From positions 1-32,150 of the forward strand of contig JAQGDQ010001623.1 in NCBI GenBank assembly GCA_030141605.1: 32,150 nucleotides of DNA, written 5' to 3'. Each line of letters starts with the position of its first letter. The stretch's first letter is position 1. The position numbers and the translations under genes were made by a program. The DNA comes from Tubiluchus corallicola (lineage: Eukaryota > Animalia > Priapulida). Positions 12,247 through 23,302 of the stretch are shown here, piece by piece. The notes beneath the pieces are model-generated. The model saw nothing but the letters and a program-made list of their open reading frames with translations, ran no database searches and was not told the DNA's origin.

Positions 12247-12884
12247 CAATATTCAAAAACCTTCTGTATTTACATATTTACATAATTCTGTAGTTATAGC
12301 AGTGGTACTAAGAGTTAAACTGCTATATTACGTACTTATGAAGGCTCGGTAACTGGACCCATGGAGGACTCCGTATTTTTGTTATGATTACTATTATGTT
12401 CATTAAAATATATGTAGAAAAAATGTTCAAAACGTTCCAAATCTGTTCAACTGAACATTTCTTTGATGTTCAAAAATGCTCATTCTGACATTGCGAACAA
12501 GTTCAAGATTCAACTTCTCCTGTTATGAGCAAAAATATTCATTTTAATGTCAGCAAAAAGCTAACGCAGTTTCTCTTTGGAGGTTATTTCAATGTTGGCA
12601 CGTTAAAAGCCAGTGCAAGACAGCTTTGTACTGTGAGGATGTGCCAAGTCAAAAGCCAGTGCAAGATGACCCAAACTTCTCTCCTTAAGCTTGGAGAATT
12701 ACATTTCAATTTGAACGTTAATTGCTATTTGCAATTTAGAGCTTCAGCATCATCAGCGGATACATTACAGTTTCTCGGATTTTTTAATATAAAAATATAA
12801 AAGTGCTTACATATTTCGCATAATATTTAAAGTTGACATTCAACACAAATTTTCTGCAGTGCATTGTATTCTAAAGTGCAATAT

Positions 12885-13415
12885 ATGCTGCAATATATTC
12901 TATTAATTGTCACATATCCAATAAGCTGCAATATTCTATTAACTGCAATATATCGTAGCAACTGTAGTATATTCTATTAATGGTAACATACACTATATGC
13001 TGCAATATTCTGTTAACTGCAATATATCGTAGCAACAGCAGTATATATTCTATTAATGGTAACATACACTATATGCTGCAATATTCTGTTAACTGCAATG
13101 CATCACAGCAGCTGCAGTACATTCTATTAATGGTAACATATCCTATATGCTGCAATATTCTGTTAACTGCAATATATCGTAGCAACTGCAGTATATTCTA
13201 TTAATTGTAACATATCCTATAAGCTGCAATATTTCTAGAAACTGCAACCTTCAACAAACTACAATATACCATACAAGCTGCACTATATTCTATTAATTGT
13301 TAACGTATCCCCTATAAGACGATGTATTTTTAGAAACTGCAATATATCATGCAAACTGCAATATATTCTATTAATTTTTACATGTCCTTTAAGCTGTAGT
13401 ATTTCTAAAAACTGC
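12885..13415. repeat. Degenerate ~74-bp tandem repeat
   Basis: ATTCTATTAA anchors at 12897, 12971, 13047 and 13121, decaying rightward. Confidence 0.85.
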
Positions 13416-13426
13416 AGTATATTGTA

Positions 13427-13617
13427 TAAGCTACAGTATGTTAAGTTAGTTGCACTGTATCGTATACAAGTTGTGCATAAAAACTATTTATTAAGCTACA
13501 GTATGTTAAGTAAGTTGCACTGTATCGTATACAAGTTGTGCATAAAAACTATTTATTAAGCTACAGTATGTTAAGTTAGTTGTACTGTATCGTATACAAG
13601 TTGTGCATAAAAACTAA
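13427..13617. repeat. 65-bp tandem repeat, 3 copies
   Basis: TAAGCTACAGTATGTTAAG at 13427, 13492 and 13557. Confidence 0.93.
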
Positions 13618-14080
13618 CTATTTATAAGATAGAGTGACCATGATGCTGATGATGCTGGATGTTTGTGAGGCGGCAGTTACCGAGCCGATGAGGAGGAATT
13701 TTCTGAAGAGCAGGGGGAGGGGGATTGAAAACAATAATCATTAATAATAATTTCTATTTCTGGTGCTTTAATTAAGAAGCGTAATTGTTCAAAGTACGCT
13801 CAAAACATTTTAAAGATTTGAAGCACCAATGTTGCTTTAATTATTGTTAATTAAGAAGCGTAATTGTTCAAAGAACGCTTAAAACGTTTTAATGATTCGA
13901 AGCATCAAAAGTGTTCATAATAGAATTGATCCCCCTCCCATGCCGATAGTGACCAGGCGGTGGGAAGCTAATTTTTAACAACATGGCGACACATATTTCA
14001 GCCATATTTAATTGATTGTACATTCAAACGTTATCTATACATGGACAGCCATGGTTACGATATTAGGCAACATCTTTAAT

Positions 14081-14208
14081 TTATGCAAGGTGGCAAACTT
14101 GATGCCTATAGTCAAAATAACCGCTTGACTATATACAAGGTTTAAATTATGCAACGTGGCAAACTTGATGCCTATAGTCAAAATAACAGCTTGACTATAT
14201 ACAAGGTT
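14081..14208. repeat. 66-bp tandem duplication
   Basis: TTATGCAA.GTGGCAAACTTGATGCCTATAGTC at 14081 and 14147. Confidence 0.9.
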
Positions 14209-14398
14209 GTGTGTCATAATAGCAATTATTTTCATAGAAGAAACATTCAGCCATTATTCCTCATATGCTGGAAAAGGATGGACAAATCTTTGTATGACAA
14301 AATGATAGAAATTACCATTACTGGTTCGTGAAAAAAATGTAGTGATAGATTCCATATGAAATGAGATTGTAGTAGAGCGATAAAGATCACATAACAGA

Positions 14399-15268
14399 TT
14401 CATCGAGTAACATGATACATAGCCATGTCACAGTATAGTGATGGATGTTATAGAACAGTGATGGAAACTACCATCATCAACGAGTCACATAAAATGTGAT
14501 AGTAACGAAAAAACTGCCATCAAGGCATCAAATGAAGAGACATGATAACGTGATGCGAGTCACTGTTAATGTCTTCATCGAGTAACATGATACATAGCCA
14601 TGTCACAGTATAGTGATGGATGTTATAGAACAGTGATGGAAACTACCATCATAAACGAGTCACATAAAATGATGTGATAGTAACGAAAAAACTGCCACCA
14701 AGGCATCAAATGAAGAGACATGATAACGTGATGCGAGTCACTGTTAATGTCTTCATCGAGTAACATGATACATAGCCATGTCACAGTATAGTGATGGATG
14801 TTATAGAACAGTGATGGAAACTACCATCATAAACGAGTCACATAAAATGATGTGATAGTAACGAAAAAACTGCCATCAAGGCATCAAATGAAGAGACATG
14901 ATAACGTGATGCGAGTCACTGTTAATGTCTTCATCGAGTAACATGATACATAGCCATGTCACAGTATAGTGATGGATGTTATAGAACAGTGATGGAAACT
15001 ACCATCATCAACGAGTCACATAAAATGTGATAGTAACGAAAAAACTGCCATCAAGGCATCAAATGAAGAGACATGATAACGTGATGCGAGTCACTGTTAA
15101 TGTCTTCATCGAGTAACATGATACATAGCCATGTCACAGTATAGTGATGGATGTTATAGAACAGTGATGGAAAGTACCATCATCAACGAGTCGCATAAAA
15201 TGATGTGATAGTAACGAAAAAAACTGCCATCAAAGCGACAAATGAAGAGACATGATAACGTGATGCGA
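14399..15268. repeat. 175/178-bp satellite-like tandem repeat, about 5 copies
   Basis: CATCGAGTAACATG at 14401, 14576, 14754, 14932 and 15107. Confidence 0.96.
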
Positions 15269-15759
15269 CAAATGCCTTATAAGAGAGAAACGGAATATTT
15301 TAAAAAATTCTCTTGATGAAATTGAACAGAATCACTGATTATTAATCAGTACTAAAGCAGTAAACAAGTAAAACTGATAACAGTGGTGGCAACTACTGCT
15401 AATATATCACATAAAGTGGCATGACACAGCACCGAAACTAGAATATTTCAAAAAATATTGAGCCATCAGGGAAATACTCCTGTCATGACATATGGAGAAA
15501 TGCACGTTATTAAACATTGCACTGTTAAAACTGCTTGATAAAGTTGAACGTAACAGTCGGCATTGAAACTGTACCAACAATAACGGTACAGAAAACAGCC
15601 GCTATTTAAAGATTACATGATCAAAATGCCCTTGTTGAAACTGAACATAATCATTGAAAAATACAGTACGAAAGAAGGTTCCTTAAAGATTGCACATTTA
15701 AAACTCGAGCAAAAAACTGAAAGTAATCATCAATGAAACTGTACCAACAATTACAGCAT

Positions 15760-16581
15760 CGAAAAAACTCCATTAAAGATGAACGATTGTGGACAAAATT
15801 GGAAGTTATCGGTATTGAACTCGCACCAACAATTATAGCACATATAAGAACTCCATTAAAGATTAAACGATTGAAATTGCAGTGAACAAAATTGGAAGTT
15901 ATCGGCATTGAACTCGTACTAACAATTATAGCACATACAAAAACTCTATTAAAGATTGAACGATTGAAATTGCAGTGAATAAAATTGGAAGTTATCGGTA
16001 TTGAACTCGTGCCAACAATTATAGCACATACAAAAACTCCATTAAAGATTAAACGATTGAAATTGCAATGAACAAAATTGGAAGTTATCGGCATTGAACT
16101 CGTGCCAACAATTATAGCACATACAAAAACTCCATTAAAGATAAAACGATTGAAATTGCAGTGAACAAAATTGGAAGTTATCGGTATTGAACTCGTGCCA
16201 ACAATTATAGCACATATAAGAACTCCATTAAAGATAAAACGATTGAAATTGCAGTGAACAAAATTGGAAGTTATCGGCATTGAACTCGTACTAACAATTA
16301 TAGCACATACAAAAACTCTATTAAAGATTGAACGATTGAAATTGCAGTGGATAAAATTGGAAGTTATCGGCATTGAACTCGTGCCAACAATTATAGCACA
16401 TACAAAAACTCCATTAAAGATTGAACGATTGAAATTGCAGTGGATAAAATTGAAAGTTATCGGTATTGAACTCGTACTAACAATTATAGCACATACAAAA
16501 ACTCCATTAAAGATTGAACGATTGAAATTGCAGTGGATAAAATTGAAAGTTATCGGTATTGAACTCATACCAACAATTATA
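15760..16581. repeat. 93-bp minisatellite, about 9 copies, with degenerate flanking copies (about 15540-16670)
   Basis: GGAAGTTATCGG at 15801, 15894 and onward at a period of 93. Confidence 0.95.
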
Positions 16582-16846
16582 GAAAAAATTACAGAAAAAA
16601 GCTTCATTAACGATTGTAGGATCAAAATTGAATTGATTAAATTGAAAATAATCAACACTGAAACCTGACAAGAAATTAACTTCAAATGGCTTTGCCAGAT
16701 TTGTTCTGCTGCTTAAGAGACAGGAGTTTAAGATTAGGGATATTTTTGCATTCAACTGCAAGGTCACGTTGTTGTGGAGGGACTGCAACTAGACTCTTTA
16801 TGAAAACTAATCATCTAAGAGTAGACATTGGACCAGGAAGGTGAAC

Positions 16847-17097
16847 TGTGATTTTGATATGGTCACCCATCCATTTACTATCGGGTCTCTAGCTTCGATT
16901 GCTAAACTAGGTCAGCCATGTTTTGGCTAATATGATTTTAGTAACGACGACTAATCCGTGTGCTATCTAGTCTTTACTGTATAAAATTTCGATTCCTAAA
17001 CAAAGTCAGCCATATTTTAGCGTATGTGATTTTAGTAGTGGTCACTCATCTAACTACTTTCTAGTCTTAGCTCTGGTTAACTTCACTTCAATTGCCA
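16847..17097 (-). pseudogene. Three degenerate tandem copies of a 5S rRNA-like fragment
   Basis: GGTCACCCATCCA (16861) is the reverse complement of the 5S box-C region TGGATGGGTGACC. By hand, 17038-17084 aligns ungapped at about 31/47 to a recalled 5S sequence. Copies start at 16847, 16931 and 17025. Confidence 0.5.
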
Positions 17098-17401
17098 AGA
17101 TTACTAATTTCGCCCTAAAGCTAGTTCAACAAAAAGCAAACACCAGGCGGCACAACCAGTTAGCAAAACACTTGCTAGTCACAGCCTAAAAAGCTTATAA
17201 ATGAAATGCTTTACAAAAATAAAGATGGATTTTGCAAATATTAGACTAAAGTATTATTAAATAATTTGTGAAAGGCCTGCAATTAACAAGGTTAGGCTGG
17301 GGGGTGAATCAGGTTTTGAATTATTCGTAAGGTAATGGACAAAATATGGGAAGTTACTTTTGAACAGGGATCTAAATGATCTGCATAAAAATTTGAAATC
17401 A

Positions 17402-17685
17402 CTGTACAGTTCTTTCAACTGCATAGCTTTCTGTAGTTCTTTAAACCGCAGAACTTTTTGTACAGTTCTTTAAACTGCACAATTTTCTGTACAGTTCTTT
17501 AAACCGCATAACTTTTTGTACAGTTCTTTAAACTGCATAATTTTCTGTACAGTTCTTTAAACCGCATAACTTTTTGTACAGTTCTTTAAAGCTGCATAAC
17601 TTTCTGTACAGTTCTTTAAGCTGCATAGCTTTCTGTAGTTCTTTAAACCGCATAACTTTTTGTACAGTTCTTTAAACTGCATAAT
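17402..17685. repeat. ~30-bp minisatellite, 9-10 copies
   Basis: Unit approximately TGTACAGTTCTTTAAACYGCATAACTTTYT. Confidence 0.93.
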
Positions 17686-18305
17686 AATATATGCTTCCCT
17701 CAAGTACTTACAGTAGTATGTTAGTAGAAAGAAACTGTCAGTCAGTTAATGCCTAGGACTTGTCCGTCTTTACTGAAAGTTTGTTCTGTACAGTAGCGAC
17801 ATACACTGTACATGTACATACTTCTATACACGCGCGCTATGCATAGAAGTATAAATCTGCATGTACAGAATGTATACCACTAAGGTTCTGTACCATATTA
17901 GTTCGTAAATAGAATCAGAGGTTAATAGCTCAATGTCAGAACTCGGTGTACTTTTGGGAAGCATTTTAAGTTAACAAAATCGTGACTTGTGGTAACAAAT
18001 TTCTGGTTAGAACTTTTTCAGTACAGCGTGGAGTTTAGCAAATTCTACGAAATATTTCTTTTAAAGATAACGGGAACATTTAAAAGGAAATGAAGGAACT
18101 TCAGGCTCTCGTCAAGGAAAGGAAAGATGGGCCGGGAGGAGACTGCAGGTTGTCCATCCCACTCCAACCTTGTTTCCTCCTTATTTTACGAACTATTAAC
18201 ATTGATTCAACCAGTAAAAAAAATGTATTTATATACAATGGAAGTTTCACGAAAAATGTAGACTTTCCCTTTAACATATACTTTGTTGGGATAACTGTTT
18301 TCCCT

Positions 18306-18808
18306 TTCACACAGGGGATGGGCAGACATGGCTTTCTAAGGCATGACTGAATTTCATTTCACAGAGGGGATGGGAGGACATGGCTCTCTTCTAAAATCAT
18401 GACTGACTTTCATTACACAGAGGGGATGGGAGGACATGGCTTCCTTCTAAAAGCATGACTGACTTTCATTACACAGAGGGGATGGGAGGACATGGCTCTC
18501 TTCTAAAATCATGACTGACTTTCATTACACAGAGGGGATGGGAGGACATGGCTCTCTTCTAAAATCATGACTGACTATCATTACACAGAGGGGATGGGAG
18601 GACATGGCTTCCTTCTAAAATCATGACTGAATTTCATTACACAGAGGGGATGGGAGGACATGGCTCTCTTCTAAAAGCATGACTGAATTTCATTACACAG
18701 AGGGCATGGGAGGACATGGCTTCCTTCTAAAAGCATGACTGACTTTCATTACAAAGAGGGCATGGGAGGATATGGGTTTGTTTCTAAAGTATGAACAACT
18801 TTCATTTC
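18306..18808. repeat. 56-bp minisatellite with G-rich core, about 9 copies
   Basis: Unit TTCATTACACAGAGGGGATGGGAGGACATGGCTCTCTTCTAAAATCATGACTGACT. Confidence 0.95.
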
Positions 18809-19344
18809 ACTTATCTAGAACGTGGCTATCTCTCGTTTCCTGGGAGACGGCAAAACTAAAAAACCCTCAAATGATTTTCAAGGAAGTAGCTGTCTCTCAT
18901 TCCACAGTAAGAGTTCTAGAGCACGACTGTCTTTTAGTTTTTGTTAAAGTACTACCTCTTCCGGAAGTGGTTGTGGAGGTTAGACATAATTAAAATAATA
19001 GGGAATTTACTATTATAAGTAAAAAAAACTTGTAACAAACCTTAGTTTATTGATAAGCGAAAGATAACTGTATATTTGTACAAGGGTTTGACAAAATTAG
19101 GCCTGCCTAAAACTAGAAACAGTGAATGGATAAAGATGGATTCCCCTTTTGTTCATCAAGCCTTCATATTCGTTATTACTTATTTTGACCCTGTATATTA
19201 ACATTAGAGCTGCTATAAAATTATAAGAAAGTTAACGTTTATTGCATGTAATTAAAAGTTGTTATTTTTTCAAATACACGTGTATTAGCTGCGAAATTTA
19301 ATTTGGTAAGTTTGACTATTTTCTTGTTGAATTTTTAAATTTTA

Positions 19345-19470
19345 AATGACCCTACTGTGTCCGTGTGTCTATTCGTCCACTGTCCACAATAGGTTTTTCT
19401 CTTGTATTTCTGTAACAAATGATCGGATCGTCATGAAACTCGTGCGATTCGAACTCTAGATCCTGTGCAG
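19345..19470 (+). mobile_element. Possible DINE-1/HINE-like (Helentron-associated) fragment
   Basis: Degenerate (GTCC/GTCT) microsatellite followed by ...AACAAATGATCGGATCGTCATGAAACT, similar to a recalled HINE core layout. Termini are not resolved. Confidence 0.28.
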
Positions 19471-19546
19471 TTAGAATCTTGACATTGCTAAAATGGTTTT
19501 AGCTGACCGAGCCGTAAATAACACTTCATTTTTTTGCTTATTTCAG

Positions 19547-19593
19547 ATTGAAGAGTCACGATTTTTTTCTGGATTATTGGATATGCCTAAGCG
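19547..19593 (+). CDS. Exon with probable start codon (ATG 19583-19585; M-P-K-R) of the C2HC zinc-finger protein
   Basis: Acceptor TTTTTGCTTATTTCAG, donor CG|GTAAGT at 19594. The phase-2 end joins exon 20115 to give MPKR-CHWFTQCGG, paralleling VRR-CRNYEHCGG in finger 2. Confidence 0.7.
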
Positions 19594-20114
19594 GTAAGTA
19601 AAGAAATTTTGCTTTTTAGCCAGAAAACCTTTCCATTTACTTTTTTATCTTCTGCATATGTACCGTTGTCCAAACATACAGAAATATTTTTCTGCTGTTA
19701 ATAGTCTCGTGTGGTGTAAGATTATTCTTTATTTATATGACTTTTTACAGGATCATCTTACAATTTATTTTTGAAACATTTTAAGTTAACAAGCCAGCCC
19801 CACGTCTGTTGTGTTTGCAATCATTAAAATTTCTACATTCTCAATAACCTGAAGACTTTGCTGCCAGTAAACAGAACATCGTTTTTCTTGCAACAAAACT
19901 TTAAACAATATAAAATAGTTATTACAGTGATAAAAGAGTCAAATCAAATTTACTACATACCCTAGTTTACACAACAACTTAATAACTTATTTATTTTATC
20001 ATAGACTTTATATATATGTATTCTCTTATAATATTACTGTCTTGTATTAACCGCTGTTGTTTACTTTTACTGTTAAACTAGTAAAATGAAATGACGTTTT
20101 TCTTCTTTTTTCAG

Positions 20115-20289
20115 ATGTCATTGGTTCACCCAGTGCGGGGGGGCGGGGCAACATCAACCCCCGGTACGCCACGCACAGGTCTACGTCTGCCTGTGCGTGG
20201 AGGTACCAGGAGCAGCGACGACGCGAGCTCCAGGCAGGGGTGGTGGCTCGGCCACCCCTGGAAGAACGCCAGAGCAAGCCAAAGCCAGT
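20115..20289 (+). CDS. Exon encoding C2HC zinc finger 1 plus linker, interrupted by a 1-nt frameshift in a G7 run
   Basis: GC-rich island in AT-rich DNA, acceptor TTCTTCTTTTTTCAG, donor GTAAGT at 20290. Removing one G from 20137-20143 gives CHWFTQCGGRGNINPRYATHRSTSACAWRYQEQRRRELQAGVVARPPLEERQSKPKP(V), i.e. C-x5-C-x12-H-x5-C, resembling the MYT1-type [26 protein letters not shown] motif. Confidence 0.85.
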
Positions 20290-20639
20290 GTAAGTAGACA
20301 CGATTATAATTACAAATTAGCTTTTTCAGTAGTAGAACCGTTCATTTTGCCCCCTCGTGGCTATAGTTTTCGTTTTTGTTTACTTTACACAAAACTTTAC
20401 CGTTTAGTCTTTGTGAAGCAAAGCTAGCTTGTTAACAGCTAGCTTATTACAATCATTTCATGGAGTTTTCATATCGTCTTAATCGACACGAACTGGAACG
20501 TTGTCTCTGGACATTTCATTCCATCCGAGATATTACTGATTTTTCGATAGTTAATTATTGTACCAAAAGGAAAAATGATTATAGCAAATGACATCAAGAA
20601 TCATTTAAAGTTACATCACTATTTTTTGTATCGTAGTAT

Positions 20640-20860
20640 AATGATAATGATAAGAATGATGATGACGATGGTGATAATGATGCTGATGATGATAATGATG
20701 GTGATGATGACAATGGTGATAATGATGGTGATGATGATAATGATGGTGATGATGATGATGATGGTGGTGATGGTGATGATGTTGGTGATGGTAATGGTAA
20801 TCATTTAGAGAGAGAGATGGGGGAGAGAGAGAGAGAGAGAGAGAGATGGGAGAGAGAGAG
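20640..20860. repeat. (ATG/GTG/ATA)n microsatellite followed by a (GA)n tract
   Basis: Trinucleotide run at 20640-20781 and GA run at 20807-20860. Confidence 0.95.
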
Positions 20861-21417
20861 GCATGGAAGGAAGAAGGAAAAGCGAATGTCATAGTCATCA
20901 GGAAACATGATGACCTAGTGGTTATGAAATTGTTTTTGTAATTCAAATGTCTCTGTTTCAAAACCAGACTGAGTTCCAGCTATTTACTTTCTTGTCTTCT
21001 GGAGTTTAATGTGTATCAACATTCATAATAATTGTGGTTTTCTACCGTCATAGCAAGTCTTTTACTATGTTGGTTGCAGTAGTTCATTTAGCTGCTGTAA
21101 GAGACGGTTTGCTAAATTCTGCTGTTTCTTAATTGAGCACAAGATTTACTCGAGTAGTTGTGAACCGTAACTGAACAACTGACCTACCAACTTAGCAATT
21201 TTTGTCCAAGAAGTCATGGGTAACTTGAATATGATTTAATCTATTTTTGGTTAAAACGTTTTAGACATGAATAATCTATGGCTATATAAATAATAATATT
21301 TATAATTGTCCTTAATAATGTTTAGGACACTAATAGTACAATGATAACAGCTTATTTTCAAAGTAGTCTTGATAGAACCCGCTTGGCAGAACGAGCGGTA
21401 ATTAAAACTTTACTCTT

Positions 21418-21486
21418 ACGTGTCAGGAATTGAACCCGCGACCTCCAGGATGGGAAACGAACACATTACAATTGAGCTAACCCCCG
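21418..21486 (-). pseudogene. tRNA-derived retrocopy or SINE head
   Basis: Minus strand reads CGGGGGTTAGCTCAATTGTAATGTGTTCGTTTCCCATCCTGGAGGTCGCGGGTTCAATTCCTGACACGT. A-box (TAGCTCAATTG) and B-box (GGTTCAATTCC) are at tRNA spacing, but acceptor and anticodon stems do not pair well. Confidence 0.75.
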
Positions 21487-21979
21487 AAACTTTTACTCTT
21501 GAATAACGCATAGCAACAAAATATTTGCTGTTTCTTTTCAGTTCGATGTGCAAATTTGTGCTTTCTACACTAGAAAATTGACATTTGATTTAGTTTTCTT
21601 TCCATTTGGAGATGTCCAATATGTCAGCTTGTGTGTCAATGTTTATAATAAACCTACCAGAGTTGAACTTGTGCGTTAAGAGTGATCAGTTCTTCAAACA
21701 CATGCTTAACAAATTGCCAGCAAATAGGAGTCATTTAGTTCCAACAATTTCTCATGTAGTTTTATTAACTTCTAACATGCAGATTTTTCAGAGATTTTTT
21801 TTGGAGTGGAAAAATTGGGATACGCAATCCCGATTTTATACCAGCAAATAGGTTTATCCATAAAGTTATTAAACCGGAAGTGCATCTTCCCATCATATAA
21901 GTTTTGTAGTCTTTTTTGCTGTTTGACAAAATGACAGCACGTTTTGTAGAAAAATGAAAATTATTTTTGTCTCTTTTAG

Positions 21980-22111
21980 GCGAAGGTGCCGAAATTACGA
22001 ACACTGCGGAGGTCAGGGCAATGCCATTGAGGGTCGGGGCAGGCATTACGTAATGGCAAACTGTCCGCTGGAGCAGGAGGCGGTGCCTGTCCCGGCCTTG
22101 CGTGTGACCTG
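21980..22111 (+). CDS. Exon encoding C2HC zinc finger 2
   Basis: Acceptor TTTTTGTCTCTTTTAG, donor TG|GTAAGC at 22112. The 132-nt phase 2-2 exon reads (V)RRCRNYEHCGGQGNAIEGRGRHYVMANCPLEQEAVPVPALRVT, with the same C-x5-C-GGxGN-x7-H-x5-C spacing as finger 1. Confidence 0.88.
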
Positions 22112-23302
22112 GTAAGCGGATTTTTTTATAATTTAAACCTGACAAAAAGGAAATCTTAATTTTACTGACACAGTTAGAACTGACTTTCAACCCTTAAATT
22201 TCAACTTTTTATTATTATGTATAAAAGCACAAAGCTGGTTAAACTTTGTCTCTAAACGCGTTAGAGGCCTAATACAGGCCTAATATGCAAAAACATGCTG
22301 TTAGACATCTCTAAGAAATGACAAAATTTAGCGGAAGAAACTTTTGTTTACTAATAATGACTGGCATTATAAACTAGCAAAGGCATTGCAACTTGTCAGT
22401 TTAACCGCTCCCAATGTTCAGTAATGCACAAACGTCTTTTGCTTTTTATGCAGAAACAGTGAATGGACGTATTAACGTATTAACTGATACTTTACATAGG
22501 TTTTATATGACTTTATAACATGCCAAATGTCAGCATAATAATCGGCCCACGTGACGACGCAAATAGCCACCAAAGCAGTTTTTATTTTGCTATGAGTTTT
22601 ACAGCATCTCCCCGACAACACCCCACCCCCAATTTTATTGAAAAAATGAAGGAGGCCATATTAACGACTTTTTAGAGGCTTACAAAGATTTATTTTTCCG
22701 AGCTTATCCAACCGGTGATGGTCAACCTCTACCCGTCTGTCGGCAAAGGCCTGCAAACTTCGGACCGCATTCATATGCAAGACGTCATATTAAAAGAATT
22801 GCTGCTAATGGGACAGAATAGTCCCAAATTGTTACTCTGTTTTGTTACTTTATTATGACACACGCACGATTTTATAGGGGAAATGGATTGACTATTTTAA
22901 CGACTTTAGAGGCATTGAAGCCTCCTGACTGCTTTTACATGTTTGTTATACAACTATTTTTAAAGCTTATCCAACGGATAATGGTAGCCACACTTCAGTG
23001 CTGCCTAATCTCGTTTGTAAACTTTCCGTGACTGAAAATGAAGAGAGAACTTATGAGACACGAACCTGTTTTTTATTTGGGACAGCAAACTATTAAAACA
23101 CAGTGAGATTACAGTCTAGGTAAGAAAAACCTCAATCGATAGTTCTGCAAAGAAGCCATGAAAAGTTAATGATAATTATGCAGCTCATTAATGTAACATT
23201 ACCTTACCTAAATAACACAACTGATGCAACAATTATCTACTCAAGTTAATGTTACAAGAAAGATTGCAGGTGTTGATCATTAAAATGCCATTGACCCATA
23301 AT

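Noticed and set aside
13427-13617. Same 65-bp period and shared TAAGCTACAG with the 353-3846 array
   Set aside because: The rest of the units do not align, so this is probably coincidence.
15651-16685. 344-aa minus-strand ORF
   Set aside because: Translation of the 93-bp tandem repeat, with no recognisable protein repeat family.
20047-20427. ORF-track calls over exon 20115-20289
   Set aside because: They are wrong-frame or wrong-strand readings of a GC-rich exon. The finger-encoding spliced frame explains the region better.
21418-21486. Functional tRNA-Gly(CCC)
   Set aside because: Acceptor and anticodon stems do not pair, so it is treated as a pseudogene or SINE head.
22659-22985. Patchy duplication (TTAACGACTTT..AGAGGC and AGCTTATCCAAC..ATGGT, each twice)
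   Set aside because: Old degenerate local duplication with no further interpretable structure.
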